Assembly (NCBI GenBank): GCA_045579545.1
Contig: JAZNMF010000013.1
Location: forward strand, 6,721-70,720
Direction of reading: 5' to 3'
Length of the DNA: 64,000 nt
Source of the DNA: Acetatifactor sp.
Lineage (GTDB): Bacteria > Bacillota > Clostridia > Lachnospirales > Lachnospiraceae
Part shown: in pieces, positions 59,782 through 64,000 of the stretch
How positions within the stretch are numbered: position 1 is the stretch's first letter
Layout: every line of letters starts with the position of its first letter
The notes under the pieces: generated by a model
The model's database searches: none
Told to the model about the DNA's origin: nothing
Seen by the model: only the letters and a program-made list of their open reading frames with translations
Position numbers and translations under genes: made by a program

Positions 59782-59820
59782 TCCCGTCATTGACGCTATG
59801 TCAACGGCGGGACTTTTTTT
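59782..59820 (+). terminator. Terminator after aroC
   Basis: TCCCGTCATTGAC / GTCAACGGCGGGA stem followed by a T run. Confidence 0.75.
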
Positions 59821-59834
59821 CATAATCCAACAAA

Positions 59835-60884
59835 TTAAGGAAGCTTATAAAAAACGATACAGTTAGGTGCATTTATCGGAATCTCAGGCCCATTCATTAT
59901 AATTGTATGTGCCTCCGTGTCAACTTTAAAGAATGTCATGGAATTGGATTCATGATTTAAAGAAACCAAATACTCACTTCCGGGAAATAACTCAGCATCC
60001 TTTGGATAGTCACCACTTACAGGCAGGCAAAAATTGCGGGACAGGGTACCGTCTTCCTGATTAACATCATACAGTACAACTGAATTATCTCCTGCATTTG
60101 AGCTTAACAGATACTTATAATCATCAGAAAAACTCAATGCGCTGGCAGCATTATTGCTGATATTATCTGTTGTGAAAACAGTCTGTATCTTTTCAAAGAC
60201 AGGATTTCCATTATGATCCTCATAACTGTACACGTCAATGATACATTTCCACTCATGAACAATGTATATATATTTACCATCCTTAGAAATCTTGATATGT
60301 CTGGGCGCAGACTCAAGTTCACTTCTCAACACATCAACAAGTTTTACTTTTCCTCTCTCAGAATCAAAACGGTATACATTCACATGATCCATTCCCTGGT
60401 CAGCAACCAAAAGGTATTTATTGTCATGTGTCATACGGGCACAGTTAATATGAGGTCTGAAATTACGTTCCGTCACACTGCCAAGACCTTTATGGAAAAT
60501 TTCATCCGTAATATTACCGATGGTCCCATCCTCATGAAGTTTAAGAACTGTCAGTTTCCCATCATGATATCCTGCCACAAACAAATAAGAATCCGTATAA
60601 TCAGTAGACAGATAGCAACCTCTCATACCGTTGATCGGCGCAAAATTGATCATGGAGAGTGTACCATCCAACATGATCCGGTAAGCCTCAACGCCAAAAT
60701 CGGTGATGGAATATAGATATTTTTTATTATGAGAAACACAAATATAGGAAGAATTGGTAATCTCCACTTTTCCTTTTTCAACAAATCTTCCCTTCTCCAT
60801 ATCCACGTCATAAACACGGATACCATGGCAATCACCCATTGTGTATGTGGAAACATATGCTACATAAGTACCTTGCATTTCCAT
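59835..60884 (-). CDS. Lactonase family beta-propeller (6-phosphogluconolactonase-like)
   Basis: YVSTYT, PHINCA, APRHI, SNAGDNS and SGDYPKD motifs. Confidence 0.85.
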   Translation of the reverse strand: MEMQGTYVAYVSTYTMGDCHGIRVYDVDMEKGRFVEKGKVEITNSSYICVSHNKKYLYSITDFGVEAYRIMLDGTLSMINFAPINGMRGCYLSTDYTDSYLFVAGYHDGKLTVLKLHEDGTIGNITDEIFHKGLGSVTERNFRPHINCARMTHDNKYLLVADQGMDHVNVYRFDSERGKVKLVDVLRSELESAPRHIKISKDGKYIYIVHEWKCIIDVYSYEDHNGNPVFEKIQTVFTTDNISNNAASALSFSDDYKYLLSSNAGDNSVVLYDVNQEDGTLSRNFCLPVSGDYPKDAELFPGSEYLVSLNHESNSMTFFKVDTEAHTIIMNGPEIPINAPNCIVFYKLP

Positions 60885-60913
60885 GTGAAATTTCCTCCCT
60901 GTCTGCCAGACAA

Positions 60914-62056
60914 TTATTTTTTCTTATAACAATTTTTTACATAGTTGAAAGTGGATTCGAACAGTATCTTATGATGCTCATATATATCCTCGAATCCATA
61001 ACTGACATCCCAGTTCCACCTTCCCTCTTCATAGAGAAGTCCCTGATTAGATTCATATACAATAGCCGGCTCCCCACATATGGCAGTCCAGGCAGACTGT
61101 ATATTGAAGGAAGGTTCCGGATCCCTGTCTTCGTATCCTACAACCTCGCTTTCGTAATACTGTTCTCCCTTTCCGGACTTTGCCGTGGCCACAGCTACCA
61201 TCCTCGAAAGCTCTCTTATTTTATTTTTCACGCGTCCTGGCATATAGTTAAACATATAAAACTGTTGTCTACCGTTACCGCCTCCATGCAAATGAATGGA
61301 AATATCCGGAACATATTCATCCGCAACTCTTAACAAAGCTTTCGTCTCCTCAGCCATAGGAAAAAAGAAGTTGTCATGTACAATATTAACACCATCATCA
61401 TTGAAATATCCGCCCAAAAAACCGCTAGCTTCAGCAATCGGATGTATTTCCTTACAACCAGGATGCATACAGAGGGAACCATCCTTCCACGTCCCCTGAC
61501 TATAATAGCGAAATCCCTCAAAGGATTGTCCCACAAAGGTTTTTAAAGGTATTCTGGCTCTTCCATCCATGTTGACACAGGGAATCAGCAAAAGCTGAAT
61601 ATCTGCCAGCGCATCCATCAATGATTTGTTTTCATGACCTGCAAAGTCTGTGCCTGTTTCTATATTCTTGATCAAATTGTTGATTGCAACAGTCCCTTCA
61701 AACTCACCGCCATGTTCTGCGCCAATCAGAATCACGGTAGGAACATAGTCTTCGCCTGTTTTATCAGCATAACAATTATAATCTCCGGCTCCCATGGCAG
61801 AGCTGTAGTTTGCTGTCCGCTTCAGATTGTTTTTCTTTCCGTAGCGAATCATATAAACAGGTCGATTTCCCGGTGTCTCGCAAAGTACTTCAACCGTACC
61901 TTTCTTTACAAGACGAACTGTTTCTTCCACATCCTGCGTGCTGCCTTTCCACCATCCGGGAATCTCAATCATCCGGATCACACCATTCTCGTCACGCAAA
62001 GGGACATGTGTATCAGTAGGCTTAACTAGTGGATACATTTCATCAATTTGATACAT
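60914..62056 (-). CDS. M14 family zinc carboxypeptidase
   Basis: GAEHGGEFEG (HxxE), PCVNMDGR and ISIHLHGG Zn ligands; no signal peptide. Confidence 0.8.
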   Translation of the reverse strand: MYQIDEMYPLVKPTDTHVPLRDENGVIRMIEIPGWWKGSTQDVEETVRLVKKGTVEVLCETPGNRPVYMIRYGKKNNLKRTANYSSAMGAGDYNCYADKTGEDYVPTVILIGAEHGGEFEGTVAINNLIKNIETGTDFAGHENKSLMDALADIQLLLIPCVNMDGRARIPLKTFVGQSFEGFRYYSQGTWKDGSLCMHPGCKEIHPIAEASGFLGGYFNDDGVNIVHDNFFFPMAEETKALLRVADEYVPDISIHLHGGGNGRQQFYMFNYMPGRVKNKIRELSRMVAVATAKSGKGEQYYESEVVGYEDRDPEPSFNIQSAWTAICGEPAIVYESNQGLLYEEGRWNWDVSYGFEDIYEHHKILFESTFNYVKNCYKKK

Positions 62057-62149
62057 GACACAAATCCTCGCTTAATTTCGACTTTATTTAGTTTACCACA
62101 GTTTGTCAATGAATGAAATACTTTTTATTCAAAAATATTTGCATATAAA

Positions 62150-62187
62150 AGAGCACAGCAACCCGAATAATCGGACTACTGTGCTCT
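62150..62187 (-). terminator. Terminator after the clostripain-like gene
   Basis: AGAGCACAG / CTGTGCTCT stem. Confidence 0.6.
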
Positions 62188-62215
62188 CTTAAAAAAGGAA
62201 AAAGAGAAACAATCA

Positions 62216-64000
62216 TTAATCTTCGTAGACGGTCGTCCAAATCTCACCATCTGCGCAATCAAAAGTCACAGCATCGGAATAAGCGTAGTTACCGGCCGCA
62301 TCCCACATTTCAAACACCATAGAATAACTTCCGTCAAACAGCGGTGCTTCACCAAAGGAAGTATCAGCCGTCACAGTCAGTTCTTCAGATGCATACATTT
62401 CAAAGTCATCGTCACCACTGTAGGATGCCATTTTCCAGATTGTGGTAATTGCATCGCCTTCTGCAAGCAGACGAAGTTCTTTACTGGCCATACCGGACTC
62501 ATCCAGTCCCTGTGATGCCCCAAGGATAGACCATTCTTCAACTGCAAAATCATATGCGACCTGCAGATTATATGCTTCTCCGTTCAACAGAATGGGAACG
62601 GAATAGAGATTATAATCTTCTCCTTCAAAAGAAAGCTCCATATAAACAAGATGACCGTCAATGGCTCCCCAAACTCCTCTGAAGTTGTCATAGAACACAC
62701 CATTATCCCAATCAGCTGTCATGTCATTATCAGTACCAAGGAGTAACATCTGATCATTGGCTTCATCCACATAATAAAGAGAAAAGCCAATGCCTGCCAA
62801 AACGTCTGCTGCATCAGGGCCAAGCGTCAGAATGGATGTACCCTCATCATTCAGGGTAAGAGGAGCTCCATCCCAATCTTTGTCTTCCAGGGTTACAATT
62901 TCAGGCAAGTCAGCAATGTCAAGAGAGGCAAGATATTCTTCACCTCCCTCCGCAAGTTCGCCGGTCAGTCCGTAAGCATACAAATGTTTAAACGCAAGTC
63001 CTGTACCAACATTGATGTATCCGTTAAAGTCATTTACATCTCCATTATAAGAATAATAGCAGCTAAGACCTGTTGCCTCGGAACGATAGATACCCCCTAC
63101 CTGATATACGATACATTCATTCAGAGCATCCGTGACTTTTTGGGCAGAAGGCAGCATCCATGCAGTCTGTCTGGCAAGATGGCCAAGATCTACCATGTTG
63201 GTATATCCCTGTTCACGGGTATTGCCACCATAATTTTCGCTCTGTGCTGCTGCCCTTCCCAATTCCGCAAAGAAACCGGGATCCTCTGAAGCTGCAACCA
63301 AAGCTTCCTGACCAAAGGATTCATATGCATCGAGAAGAGGGGTAAGCTTTGTCAGATCCGTCACAGAGAGGGTGGTCTGATCCTGTGTGCCTACAGCTTC
63401 GCACCCTTCATAATAAGTGTTACAGATTGCAATTCCCAGATCGTCACCTTCCATTTCAGGTTTCGCAGCCAGTTCAGCCAGCCAGCCAGAATAAAGCCAT
63501 CCGTTACCCGGCTCAACTTCCTCGGATGCAACAAGATATTTGGCAAAATTCTGAAAAACAGATGCCACATCCACTGTTGCCATCAGACAGGTATCAAAAC
63601 CAACGAGCTCAAGTGCAGGCGTTTCCTTATTGGCAGGCCATACGGCATCAAAAGCCTGATACATCTCGGCAAGGTCAAGAGAATCCAGACCGTGAATCTC
63701 ATCAAAAGCAGCTCCGGTTACGGATCCTCCTCCATGATTCCAAAAAGTAACTGCTACCTTTTCTGCTGGATAGTTGGCGTCTGCATATGCAAGGAAATCA
63801 TAGAGTGTCTGCGCATCACCCATGTTAGTGGTTTCCTGCTCATAGATCAGGGAAAGACCGTCCTTGTTATAGAGCCACCTCTGGATTTTGGCAGGATCCA
63901 TCATATCGTTCTGCCAAACATTGGCTCCACCGGTCTGAATCACCACATTTACGTTATCGGGAAGATTAACCTGCATCATTTCATTCAGGTCAACAGTTGC
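62216..64000 (-). CDS. Clostripain-related (C11) cysteine peptidase, 5' end outside the window
   Basis: The frame stays open to 64000 (ATVDLNEMMQV). VIQTGG, FWNHGGG (His) and GFDTCLMA (Cys) motifs; long acidic C-terminal extension. Confidence 0.88.
   Translation of the reverse strand, partial: ATVDLNEMMQVNLPDNVNVVIQTGGANVWQNDMMDPAKIQRWLYNKDGLSLIYEQETTNMGDAQTLYDFLAYADANYPAEKVAVTFWNHGGGSVTGAAFDEIHGLDSLDLAEMYQAFDAVWPANKETPALELVGFDTCLMATVDVASVFQNFAKYLVASEEVEPGNGWLYSGWLAELAAKPEMEGDDLGIAICNTYYEGCEAVGTQDQTTLSVTDLTKLTPLLDAYESFGQEALVAASEDPGFFAELGRAAAQSENYGGNTREQGYTNMVDLGHLARQTAWMLPSAQKVTDALNECIVYQVGGIYRSEATGLSCYYSYNGDVNDFNGYINVGTGLAFKHLYAYGLTGELAEGGEEYLASLDIADLPEIVTLEDKDWDGAPLTLNDEGTSILTLGPDAADVLAGIGFSLYYVDEANDQMLLLGTDNDMTADWDNGVFYDNFRGVWGAIDGHLVYMELSFEGEDYNLYSVPILLNGEAYNLQVAYDFAVEEWSILGASQGLDESGMASKELRLLAEGDAITTIWKMASYSGDDDFEMYASEELTVTADTSFGEAPLFDGSYSMVFEMWDAAGNYAYSDAVTFDCADGEIWTTVYED

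Overview
64 kb of chromosomal backbone from a low-GC anaerobic Firmicute. Gene content and order suggest Clostridia, probably Lachnospiraceae (inference). It carries recG (partial), fakA-like DAK2/asp23, rpmB, ytfI-gerW, ruvAB, zapA and a U32 protein. Amino-acid genes include leuCD, leuB-ilvD-ilvB, a second ilvB with two ilvN and ilvC, metH, asd, argH, serC-serA and aroC. Also present are topB, tgt-yajC, malQ plus a debranching enzyme, tRNA-Thr(CGT) and several lone accessory enzymes. I found no CRISPR array, prophage, integrase or transposase. The least-explained signals are non-coding. (i) Two unrelated ~205-212 nt intergenic rod-like inverted repeats share one architecture (26214-26417 and 58394-58605); the second lies inside a ~320 nt leader behind a consensus-like sigma-A promoter for aroC. 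(ii) A BIME/REPIN-like mosaic of alternating 18-bp units with a triple-hairpin spacer sits at 2801-2971, with a second copy at 14206-14310. (iii) A 31-codon in-frame extension follows the TGA of an acyltransferase and abuts the RBS of an orphan SipW. Protein-level candidates for uncharacterised biology are the GGGtGRT/IscU-like pair and DUF1015 beside serC-serA. All family assignments are from motif recognition, not database searches.
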